Assembly (NCBI GenBank): GCA_044892525.1
Contig: CM097886.1
Coordinates: 13,578,001 to 13,642,000, forward strand
From: Schmidtea polychroa
Taxonomy: Eukaryota
Reading direction: 5' to 3'
DNA: 64,000 bases
The notes under the pieces were generated by a model, which was not told where the DNA came from, did no database searches, and saw nothing but the letters and a program-made list of their open reading frames with translations. The position numbers and the translations under genes were made by a program. The stretch's first letter is position 1. The number at the start of each line of letters is the position of its first letter. Positions 11,500 to 22,329 of the stretch are shown here, piece by piece.

Positions 11500-12830
11500 G
11501 AGAGGTCACTGTCACCACAGATTTACGCATCGACATCGGCTACTCTCTCCGCATCGACAAGACATCCTTTTACATGTCATGCAACAGGTTCCGAGTTACC
11601 TCAATCACTGAGGTTCCCAATTCAATGTTAGATATCAACTGTCGCAAAGACGTTCTCATCTGGCTCCTTTCGTCCGATCCTGTTCTTCCTAGATTCGGAC
11701 GGCACACCTCTGTCCTGGTTTCGCATCTTTGAAATTCGTACGACCGCCATCAAAGACGGACATCTCAAAGTTCAAAGAACTCCACAAACTTATTGACGGT
11801 GTGCATTATTACCATATTACACGAATCACTACACAAAGACGCATTCCTCGCACTTCATAACTTACACCATCCCAGCATCATATCTACATACGAACTCCTG
11901 CGCCAGAAGGTCACCTGGTACACGCTGTGTGGATGAACGAGTGCCAAGGTTGCTAACAGCATAAAATGAATAAACACACCAAAGCATCGCTTAACGCATT
12001 CCCCACTGGTTCATACTTCGACATCCTGCACATCGACCTGGTAGGACCACTGCCACCAGACGACGGTTTTACCTATATAGATCGAAAGACACGTTGGCTC
12101 GAAGCGATCACCATTCTAATATTGCAAACAAAACAGTCAAAGATTTCCTCTTATCTACTTGGTTCTCTCGTTATGGTATCCCTACAGCCATCATCACAGA
12201 CCAAGGCCGCTATTTGAAGCAGATCTGTTCAATTACATGACAAATTCCTTCCGCATTAAACACATACCCACTTCCTCCTACCATCCACAAACCAACAGTC
12301 TCGTGGAACGCGCTCATCGCACTTTCAAGGCGTCACTTCGCATTCTCTCTATTTCCTCAGAATGGACCTTTCGTACTACTTGAATGGCACAATACACCTA
12401 ATCGTTCCAGCGGGGTATCTCCAGCGCAATTACTGTTCGGGACAAATACATGAATGCCATCGGAACTAATAGAGACCGATTCAGACTCCTCGTTACAATA
12501 GATATATTATGCCCGAAAACACTTCTTATCCTTAGATTCCAACCCTACTTTCACATACTCAACACTGTACAAGCCATATATCCCAAAGTCTCTCTCAGCC
12601 ACGCACACCTGATTAAAATGCGTCCATATCTCAAACATGAAACGTCTTTATAAAGGACCTTTCCTGGTGATCAAGTTTTTTAAAAACACCGCTCAGTTAG
12701 ATATCGACGGTACACTACACATTATAAGCTTAAGCCGCCTCGAACCTGCCATCGTCCTAAATGATCAACACAGGCTACCTTACAATCGACGAAGACTTGG
12801 AGGAAAACATCAGACAAATTTATATCTATA
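11500..12830 (+). mobile_element. Ty3/Gypsy LTR-retrotransposon pol relic (RNase H end plus integrase), frameshifted
   Basis: LHNLHHPS (Zn finger), FDILHIDLVGPLP, TRWLEAI, ITDQGR, HIPTSSYHPQTNSLVERAHRTFKASLR and the C-terminal YKGPFLV...SLSRLEP are spread over several frames. Confidence 0.85.
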
Positions 12831-13138
12831 AATGCACAATAAAATGATAAACAAAATAATGTACAATAGTCAAATAATATACTAATCAACATGTCATTCT
12901 CATTCGATTTACAAGTAAACATTATTAGTATTAAATAATTATATAATTTTTATTATTGGTATTGAAATATGACATCATTATACCATTGTGTATCATTTTG
13001 AATTCAATTTCAATAATCTATCGTAAAATTTTGAATCCTTGTCATTTACGTATATATTCTTTGAATTTTAAATCTTTATTGATTTGATTTAGAAGTTTCT
13101 TAATTACAACAGAATCTTCATTTGATAACGCACTTGTA

Positions 13139-13500
13139 CAGTAAACCCTCCTATAACGCGTTTTCGATACAACGCGGATAAAAGAAAATGTTTCGTAACG
13201 CGATTTCTTTTTCTTACAACGCGATTTTGTACATCGGAACAGGAATTCCCAATTCAGCAAACAAATTTACATTTGACGAGACATTATCGTTTTCGATAAA
13301 TTTTGATGTACATTTTAGTTAGTTTTCAGTCATAGAACCAAACGGATCACAACAACTATTTTTAAATTCAGTGAATATCAGTGAATAAACAATAATCGAT
13401 TCTACATATTTCCTATAAAGTTTATATCTCTTACAACGCGATTTCCTTATACGCGGCCTTTTCTGAGAACGTATCTAGCGCATTGTGAGAGGTTTGACTG
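13139..13500. mobile_element. pogo/Tigger-type MITE, 362 bp
   Basis: Imperfect TIRs cagtaaaccctcctataacgcg / cgcattgtgagaggtttgactg, TA on both sides, internal (t)acaacgcg repeats. Confidence 0.75.
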
Positions 13501-15022
13501 TATTGTATAAATATTGAGCATGCAGAACCAATGCGTCCAGGTGGTTATTGAAATAATCATGTTTGGCGCTCTTGATGGCTTAGATCAACTTCATACCACA
13601 ATACCCCACTTGATCTGAGCTCCGATTTATACCATTCACGAAGCGTCAACGTTATTTAGGGTTTTCAAGGTCCGATAGTCTACTCGTTTTAAATTAGCAG
13701 AGGGTATTTGTTAGAAAACGTTGAATAGAATCCTAGAATAATTTTCGTCGTGCAAACTTCGGGAACACAACAAACAGTAAATACAAAGCTGGTAGCAACC
13801 AAGTAGATCTAACCTTCGTACTTCTAAATTCTGAAGACGGTTGGGACAACCGGGATGTTGATTTAATGTGACATTTTTTGTATATGTATTCTGTTTATTT
13901 AGAAAATCCCATATTCATATTAATACAAGTTAAGTTATTGAATAAAAGTTAAAAAGTAATTTATTTACTTAATTGGAATGATAACCTATTTCCAGCCAGT
14001 GAATTAATCTTGGAGTAAGATAGTTTGTGCAAGACATATTTTCTTTGCAACCAGTACGCTTTCCAAATTTTTATTGATTTGTAAAATGAAAAATCTTTTT
14101 TAGTACTTACTAGAACTTATTAACAATTAGTACGATCGTACCAACTGAATTCCATCACTGCGTATAACCCACTTATGTACCTAACACCAATTTCTTCAAC
14201 CCAATCCAACTGAATAGGCATATAGATATGAAACTTGACCAACAGACCCACCTAAACAATATTCTCACAATTACAGATACAAAGTTTTGAACGCATTTTG
14301 TAGCCAAAAGCCAAGCAGAGTTTTTCACGAAAAATTTTCATCTTTGATCTGCATTTACTATTTTTCATTTATTAAATCGAATCATCTCAATGATATTGCT
14401 CTACAATCTTTCTATGTTGATGAAAACAATTGGTGAGTTCTCAATGGATCTTCATTACCATTCATGGACAGACATGGTAAGCTCATGAGACGAGATTCAC
14501 TACATTAATAAGAAATGCTATAGCAAACCTTCCAACAGATTAATAAGTTCCCAAAACGAAATGCAATAAATTCAACCAGAAAATTCAGTGTTAAATTAGT
14601 ACAAATATAAAACATTGACTTATTGGTAACAATTAAATGCGAATAAATGAATATTGGATAAATGTGAAATGGGAAAGATTAAATGATTCCACAAGATGGC
14701 TGTCATGGAAATTGAATGGGAAATGCCAATCAAAATTGATAATTGCACAAACATGCGAAAAACTCGCCATGAACACATGACTATAATCTCGATCAAGCCA
14801 ATGAAAATATTTGATTAATAAAATCAATATATAAAACTCAACATGCAATGAGATAATATTGACAAAATAATCAATATTGATAAAGAAGGCGAGAAATAAA
14901 AATGTGCATCAATAAATGCGGAAATAAAAAGATTAATATTGATTGGATGTCAAAATTTGCACCAATTGTATGCAATGTACCTGCGGATCCCTGAGATAAA
15001 TAATCAATAATAACACAACCAA

Positions 15023-18000
15023 TCATCCGATCAACCCGCCAGAATTCAATTGCTTTATCAAGCTCTTGGTAACATTGATTTTGAAATTCAAATGCTGGCA
15101 TTGGGATCTGAATTCTGATTCCTGCTGATCGGTGAGTGAGATCCAAGCAACCTGTAACTTAGGGAAATGATCGCCCAACAATAGCTGGCAGATCTGACAA
15201 CTGTCGACATTATCTAAATGGGTCAAGTCCAGCCACGACAAATTGCGAAGGCGGCTAAGATTGTTCAGAATTGAGTTGTTATCACCTACGAGTCCCGAAC
15301 ACGAGCTGAGCACCAAATGAGTCAAAGTAGCTGAGAATCTGGCCAGAACTGGCAGCCATAAATCAGTTACGTGACGACAGTTAGTAAGGATGATTGTTTC
15401 CAAGGGCAGATGAGACAGACTGGCTGCAAGGCTGGCCGTCATTTGCGGGTGGCAGAAAATGCCATCGAGCTGACGGATGAATTTGCAATGGGATATTGCC
15501 ATGGTAACGTGAACGAGATTTGCGTTGGAGACACCTCTGACGTTGATCGAGGAAAGTTTGGGGAACGAATCACAAAGCGATTTGACATGGAGTTGGGTTT
15601 CCCATGTGAGTTTGTGACAATGGCTGATGTCAAGATGACGCAACTCGGGCAAACGGGGGAATGATAAGGGATTCGCGACATGGCTAGATGAAAGGTTGAG
15701 TAGCTCGAGATGAGTGAACATACCGATACAGGTCATGCACTCATCTGAAATAGTCAACCCGGACAAGTCGACAGAACGCAGGGCGGGAACGCAAGAGACT
15801 GGATCGTTCTGGGAGCTCAGGTGAAGGTAAATATGCTTGAGGCCGACATTTGTAACTGATGTATATTTGATAGCAAGCACCGAGAGGGAGGGCAGAGCAC
15901 CCACAACCTGGATACCCCAATCATTGATTTTTGCGCAATAATTCAGACTGAGCCGTCTCAGTCGAGTTAGATAGCGCAAATGCCAGAGGCCTTCATTACT
16001 GAATGTGTGTTCCTCATTGTCAAGGATCAACTCCTCCATGGTTGGGCACTTACTGACACATTTCAGCACTTCATTGGTGGCCAATATTGAGTACGAGAGG
16101 TCAAGACATGTCAAATTGGAACCGGCAGCACAGAAATATGAGAGCAGGCTTGGAGTAAGCAATTTGTCATCAAGGAGGAATTTGATGAAAATCTGTTGGA
16201 TGTTATTCGGTAGCTTCTTCATTGACCTGCACGCTGTGTTGCTATGGAGACGGAGTAATCGATAAATCTCTTTGAAACAAAGATGGAGCAGCGATTTCGG
16301 ACGCCTATCAAGACGAGGAGTCGAGTTGATATCAAGAGCACGAATGTCCAATAACCTGTCAGCCCACAATTCTCCAACCGACCTATTGTCATGACAACCA
16401 GGTAATGGAATGCCTATCCCAGAGAATGGTTGAGTTATGCCATTTGCCGTCAACTCCAAATCAAGCGCCCTAACTGATTCAAATTGCAAAATTGGCAATG
16501 AGAATGAGCCTATATATGGGGCTTGTACTGAGTCTCCACTGTTATTATTACCATAGTTACTGGATCCAATAACGGCATCATTTGGCCATTGCTCATCTAA
16601 CCGATAGCAACTCAATGAAACTCGGTCACAATTCATATCTAATTCTGTCAATGTATGTAAATAATCCTCTGGATAAGAGAACATTTGCCGGGGCTCTTGT
16701 CGTAGCAATGTAAATGTTCCCACATCCATTTGGCTGATATGGGCAAATTCAATGACAATTTTCTCTAGGGTTGTCTTATTAGGATCACAAGGGATCCGAT
16801 AATAAATATTGCTAGAGGAGCTGTCAATTATATCTATCTGGACTAGGCAACTGTCGCTTGTCGCTATTGCTGTAGCATTATCATCATCAATTATCGCTGA
16901 TGATTTGATTGGTCGATGGTGTAATTGTGATGATTTGATTGGTTGGTGGTGTAATTGTGATGGGCAACTGTCGCTTGTCTCTATTGCTGTAGCATTATCA
17001 TCATCAATTATCGCTGATGATTTGATTGGTCGATGGTTTAATTGCGATGATTTGATTGGTTGGCGTTGTAATTGTGATGGGCAACTGTCACTTGTCTCTA
17101 TTGCTGTAGCATTAGAATGGTTATCATCAATTGTGATTGGTTGATGATGTAATTGTGATGACCTGATTGGTTGGCGTTGTAATTGCGATGGGCAGCTGAT
17201 AATGGCAAGCAAATGAGCACTGGGATATAACCCAATGCTACTAATGCTCCTATCAAGATAATATTCCCCAACAATCCGGATTGATTGAGCACCTGACGGC
17301 ATTACTAAATGCCAATGCAATTGCTGGAATTGCTCAATCAAATCATTCAAGCTTGTATCAGATGTAATTGCCAGTTGGTTAGCATGCGATTTACTCACCC
17401 GATTGCTTGAATAGCGGCACCGATGGAACCAACATATCAAATCACGGATTGTAGAGATCGCAGCATGGAACGGATGCGTGAATGTGATCGGTTCAAGGGA
17501 GGGATCAAGCAAGTCCATAACCTGATAACAAATAGATAGATAGATAGATATATGATGGTGATGATGATCACCTGTATCTTTGTTATCGCATTGATATTTA
17601 TCTCAGCTGGCATTGCTCCTGCTGAATGATCGCTATTGGCATTGATCGATAAGCTAGATGCAGATATTGTCGATGAGATTGCCTCAGTAACGCCTATATC
17701 ATTCATTGGGGGTCTGAATGGCAACAGTTTATCATGCCGATCAATGCCACTCATTCAGTAGCGCTCAATCAGTTGCTTATCCCTCCCTATTGGGGCCCGG
17801 TGGGGTCCAGTGGGTGGGGAGGGCATCAAGGCACCTGATTGAGCGCTCATATTATCATTGCAACTAACCCATTTATAATAGATCGCCGTTGCTGACCTTT
17901 ATCTTCCATACGTCTCATGGGATTGATGCTGCTAACATTCGGTTCCATGCTCCTCTCATCGCGTTCACTTGTACTTATCCATTGGAGCTGTGATGGAACT

Positions 18001-18679
18001 CGAGATCTCCAATCACCAGCAACATTTACTGATAGTGAATGTGACAGAATGTATCTAATTTATGTAACCCTGTGAACGGCGCTGGCCAATCCGTAACCCA
18101 CCCCTCATTCCATCCATCCCCCTCAATTATCACATATATATCATGACAACGATAAAGCAACATAAACCAAATGATAAGGATTATAACCATTTTATTTACC
18201 CCTTAATCATGCCCCCCCACATAAATATGCCATGGGAGGTGAAAACTATAATATTATTTTATATATTCCCCAAATATGGCCAACACAGTTAACGAAATAT
18301 CTATTAATTCGTACCTGACGGTTCACAAATTGTCATGTCAATAAATTTATTCTTAATTCCATCTTCAAATATGCTAGCATTTGGATTTGCTCGCAATTTC
18401 AATACAGGCTGACAAATGTTTCCATATTTATTAACATTGTTTGATTCTGAGTACGCCTTTAAATCTGCATCTCTGGAAATAAAATATTTTATATTTACCG
18501 TTTCTTTGTTTGAATAAAAGTTAGAAAAAAACTTCATTTACACTACAAACTCACGTTTCAACTAAATCATTGAAAATCATATCAAATGTATGAAGGCCTT
18601 TCTTAATAGCTGCATCTATAGCATCATTAGCAAAACCCATATCAATAAGTTTCTCATATATGCTGGAAAACTGTTGCAT
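15023..18679 (-). CDS. UBA + UBX + leucine-rich-repeat protein (spliced; the ORF track shows only the long last exon)
   Basis: Exon 1 from ATG 18679 reads MQQFSSIYEKLIDMGFANDAIDAAIKKG (UBA-like). A short intron at about 17520-17575 joins in frame to MDLLDP. A UBX-like segment TLEKIVIEF...FTLLRQEPRQMFSYPEDYLHTLTELDM is followed by PKSLLHLC (BC-box-like) and about 10 AMN1/FBXL-type LRRs (LTCLDLS, LRRLSLNYC, LELLNLSSS, LRHLDISHC). Confidence 0.75.
16845..17210 (-). repeat. Intragenic coding tandem repeat, about 117 bp (39 aa) x3
   Basis: SCPSQL..QPI.SSQL.H.PI....IDD..ATAI.TSD occurs three times in the 831-aa ORF. Confidence 0.9.
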
Positions 18680-20418
18680 TGTTAATGAAGTTATAATTGA
18701 GTATTATCAAGTTTTTTACAAAGTTGACAAATATGAATTCTAAACTACTACTTATGAATTTATATGTGAAATCTTCAGAGAACCTATAATAAGTTAACAG
18801 AAAATTTCAATATTTGACTATAATATTAATTGGCATTTAAATCCTAAAACTTAATTATCAATGAAAATTCAGCAATTAAAACAAAAGTCATATGATTACA
18901 ATTGAATGATATTTGTGTTTTTCATTTCTCTAATGGTTTTTTATTTATTTTTATATTAAAACTTTGCTGATTTAAAGGGATTTAAAAACATTGTTATAAG
19001 AATTTTAAGTCTTTTATTAAGCCTTTTTCAAGTGAATTATGTAATATTTTAAATAATTTAAATTATATTATTTTAAATAAATTATTTTTTAATTAAACTT
19101 TATTTTAGATATTGACGTGGACGTTGCTAATGATGATAGCATTTAATAAAAATTAAAAAAATCTTACTTTCTGGTTTCTTATGTTTGCATACTGAGGTGT
19201 GTTGGTTAAATGCCTTAGGGTCGCATATATAAATCCCATCAATTCTTCCTAAAACGTCTGCATGATTATTAAACTTTTTATCATCCGTATACCTATGACA
19301 ACTATCATGTTGGACCAACTATCAATGAGCATGTGAGCTCACTTACTAGAACTTCTCCTCTTAACATTTTCACTTTCGGGATCATGACTACCAATAGAAG
19401 TTATTTAGGCTCGTTTCATACTATATTATTTTTTGGAATTTTTGATCTTTTAAGGGGCTTTTTAACATGCACTTTATTTTAGAATATTAAGCAATGTTTC
19501 CATCTTTCAAACTTTGAGAAGTTATTTACCATTTTTTGATAATTTACTTTCGGCTCTCTTAAATATTCAGTTAAAGATTTCAAACATTTTCTCGTCTTTA
19601 CTAATTTAGCAACATGTCCATAATGTTACTTTAAGAAAAATAACAAACATTTAACCATATTTCTAATTTTGCTAATTTATTCTAGAATCTAATGTAGTTA
19701 AATTACTTTATATAGAATAATAATTTGCGATTCCATGAGCATGAAATTAATTCATAAAACTCACGTAATTAAAACTAGTACAACTAGTACCACTCTTTGA
19801 AATCAGAGTTTGGATAATTCTTCAAGTTTGAGACTATTAAAACACACATACTCAAGTACTGTCTGATTTTGTCATTAAATTTTAAATTAAATTAATTTTC
19901 TTCTAAAATTTTTACTTTCAGCACATGGTGGCTACATTTGTGATTTATCACTCTAAGCATTAGTAAATATCGCGCATTTTATTGATTGTTTAAACAATCA
20001 GATAAATTATTGAAATTTTTTATCTTTTCGTTTTTTCTTTAGTGATTTTCATGAAAAGATTATCATAATATTGCCCAGAAGCCAAATAATTTATTAAACA
20101 TGATTTAAGAAACTTAGGAAAACTGGAAGGAAATGCATAACACAGCATATAAAACGCATAAAGTCGGATTAAAAAATTAATGGAAAAACACCATTTAAAC
20201 ATTAAATAAACAGAAACTTAAATAAAAATTAAAACGCAAATAAATAAAATTATAGAAACACATTAAGTAACAAAAAGAAAAACATTCTAAGTGCATGATA
20301 AAAATTATAGCATGGATTAAAAATTAAATAAAATCTTTTAAAATAAATAAGTTAATTAAATTTAATAAAAAATACATTTGTTTTAACGAAATAAAATAAA
20401 TAAAGAAATTCTGGGATC

Positions 20419-20467
20419 AGCCAATGAGGTTAGACATTTCCTGATTGGTCCGAATTTCATATAAATA
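20419..20467 (+). promoter_or_regulatory. Candidate Pol II promoter: two NF-Y CCAAT boxes and a TATA box
   Basis: cagccaatga (20419), ctgattggtc (20441, reverse CCAAT) and catataaata (about 20458). Downstream are a GT-AG intron-like segment (20640-20764) and an exon-like block (20765-20996) with no intact ORF. Confidence 0.5.
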
Positions 20468-21204
20468 AAGCGTTCCACCATCGAAAGATCAACTGTTGTA
20501 CTGAGTTTGAAAAATAAAGAAAATACTTTTTCAACTTTACAGTTGAAAAACACGCTTCCTTTTTTTAACTTGCATCTATTATTGAAACAAACTTGATTTC
20601 ATTCAATTGGCAGTTTATTCATATTACGTAATCAACCAGGTAATTTTTAGGTTATGTTTAACATTTGAGTAGTAATATGCAATCATCGTAATTTTCTCTT
20701 TTATGCTAAATAAAAATTTGTTAATTTTGTGTTTTCTATTTCGTTCATGTATTTTTTGAGACAGCCCAAAATTTCTATCAGCCCACTGGTAGGTGGAGAG
20801 AACCGCAATAATCTTTCAGGTTCTTGAACAACTTCAGAACCAGATGTAGAGCAAAAACCCAACATAATTCGAGGAATTGGTTCTCGATAGCTGGTAGGGA
20901 ATTGGACTTCCCATGTGCCACGATATGAGAAAGCGGGATAGCACTGATATAGTTTGAAGGTCTTACCAGACAGGTCGAGTTGTTGACCAAGGAAAGGTAA
21001 AATTGGAGGTGATTATTTCTTACGAAATAATTTTATAGCTTTTTTAGACGGTTTAATAATGTATTGATGATTGCGATTAATTAACTTTAATAATATTAAT
21101 TTTAATTGCTTGGAAATAAACTAGCAATAGACTATTTTCGAATGATCTTAGTTTTTCTTAATTGAATTGTTAATCTAATGTCTGCATTGTATGTAAGTTA
21201 CTTA

Positions 21205-21525
21205 CTCGTCCAGTCTTGAAACACGGACCAAGGAGTTTTATATGATCGGGAGTCAAAGAGCCTTACGAAACCCCAAGGCGCAATTAATGTAAAGGTTTAC
21301 TTTCGTAAACTAAGATGTGACCTCGTGGCAGCACAGAGTGCAACATCAATCCGTCTGAAGATGTTCGCATCTGGGCGGAGTTTGAGCGATCATATAGGGG
21401 CCCGAAATTTGTTGAACTATGGTTGTGCAGGTTGAAGCCACGGGAAACTCTGGTGGCGGACCGCAGCGGTTCTGACGCGCAAATCGATCGTCGGACATGA
21501 GTATAGGGGCGAAAGACTAATTGAA
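21205..21525 (+). rRNA. Isolated fragment (pseudogene) of 28S/LSU rRNA, D3 region, about 320 bp
   Basis: Universal LSU motifs gtcttgaaacacggaccaaggag, gaactat, gaaactctggtgg and ggttctgacgcgcaaatcgatcgtcgga..tgagtataggggcgaaagactaattgaa. The helix tatatgatcg / cgatcatata is preserved. There is no flanking rDNA. Confidence 0.92.
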
Positions 21526-21529
21526 TTGT

Positions 21530-21995
21530 ACTAAACTTTATTTTCCGATTATTTAAAGGAAAAGTGATTTGATTCAAGTTTACTTTATGATTTACTTCTT
21601 TTTCTGAAAATCCTAATTTATGAGCTTCTTTAATACTATCAAAATCTACTTTAAAAGGAAAATATTTACAATTAATGTTCAAAGAATTTTCATCAATATA
21701 TATTAAATAAAATGGAGAGTCGTGACTGATTGCAAATTCATTTTTTTTCTTCGTTATAGTAAAAGTATTCATAACTTGTATGTAATAAAATTTTACTCTA
21801 TTTAACATTTAAATTATTGTAAAAAGGAAAATAATTATACACAAAGGTAAAATCCATGAGAGCCACTTTTCCTTCACCATCCAAGTAAACAGTATTTTGA
21901 AATTCGACATTAAATTTACTAGCTTCATTATTTGGATGAGTATAGGGACAACTATTAGAGATAACTTCTTTAACTTTGCTATTATAAAATTCTTT
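21530..21995 (-). mobile_element. Polinton/Maverick (adintovirus-type) minor capsid protein (penton) relic, one frameshift, truncated by the rRNA fragment
   Basis: The minus strand reads KEFY...ISNSCPYTHPNNEASKFNVEFQNTVYLDGEGKVALMDFTFVYNYFPF, matching the Polinton penton N-terminal pattern FY..LPSNSS...FP.N....F...L...I.L.G.WEVAL.EI.YP. After a 1-nt frameshift near 21800 it continues ...KVDFDSIKEAHKLGF (LA..LGF motif). Confidence 0.65.
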
Positions 21996-22097
21996 ACCTA
22001 AACCAAATATTTAAAAATTAATTAATTAAATTTATTTACCTAAATCGGTTTGTAAATTATGAGGATTGCCATTGCAAACGATTTGTCACAAAATGCC

Positions 22098-22206
22098 TCC
22101 CAAATTCAAAAATGGCGCTTGTTAGACTAACGCTGACATTGTGTCTAGAGAGGATCTTGGTAATTAGCATTCACCACTTTGGTACTTCGTAATTTGAATT
22201 TCCCGC
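22098..22206. promoter_or_regulatory. Cluster of promoter-type motifs (CHR/E2F-like and YY1-like)
   Basis: tcccaaattcaaa (22098), aaaatggcg (about 22108) and tttgaatttcccgc (22193), about 120-230 bp beyond the PIWI stop. Confidence 0.3.
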
Positions 22207-22329
22207 ACAATGGCCTAATAATAATAATAATAATAATAATAGAAATAACGGGCTTAAAAACTCTTAATAAAAAGAAACATTGAGAAAACACAATAAAAAC
22301 AAAAAATATTAATAAAATCCAAACATTTA

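Noticed and set aside
15371-17144. Antisense or overlapping ORFs within the LRR, PIWI, DCAF8, CYFIP and WDR36 genes
   Set aside because: They are shadow frames of GC-richer coding sequence, with no independent motifs.
19127-19900. Small spliced gene upstream of the UBA-UBX-LRR gene
   Set aside because: Exon-like pieces exist, but every joining I tried hit stop codons and no family was recognisable.
20765-20996. Faint Hsp70-like words (FEEL..D...G...P...DIV) in the exon-like block
   Set aside because: The spacing does not fit, the frame has several stops, and no other Hsp70 motif is nearby.
21284-21525. C-terminal half of the 174-aa ORF 21284-21808 as real protein
   Set aside because: It is the antisense read-through of the 28S rRNA fragment. 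Only the part above about 21530 looks coding.
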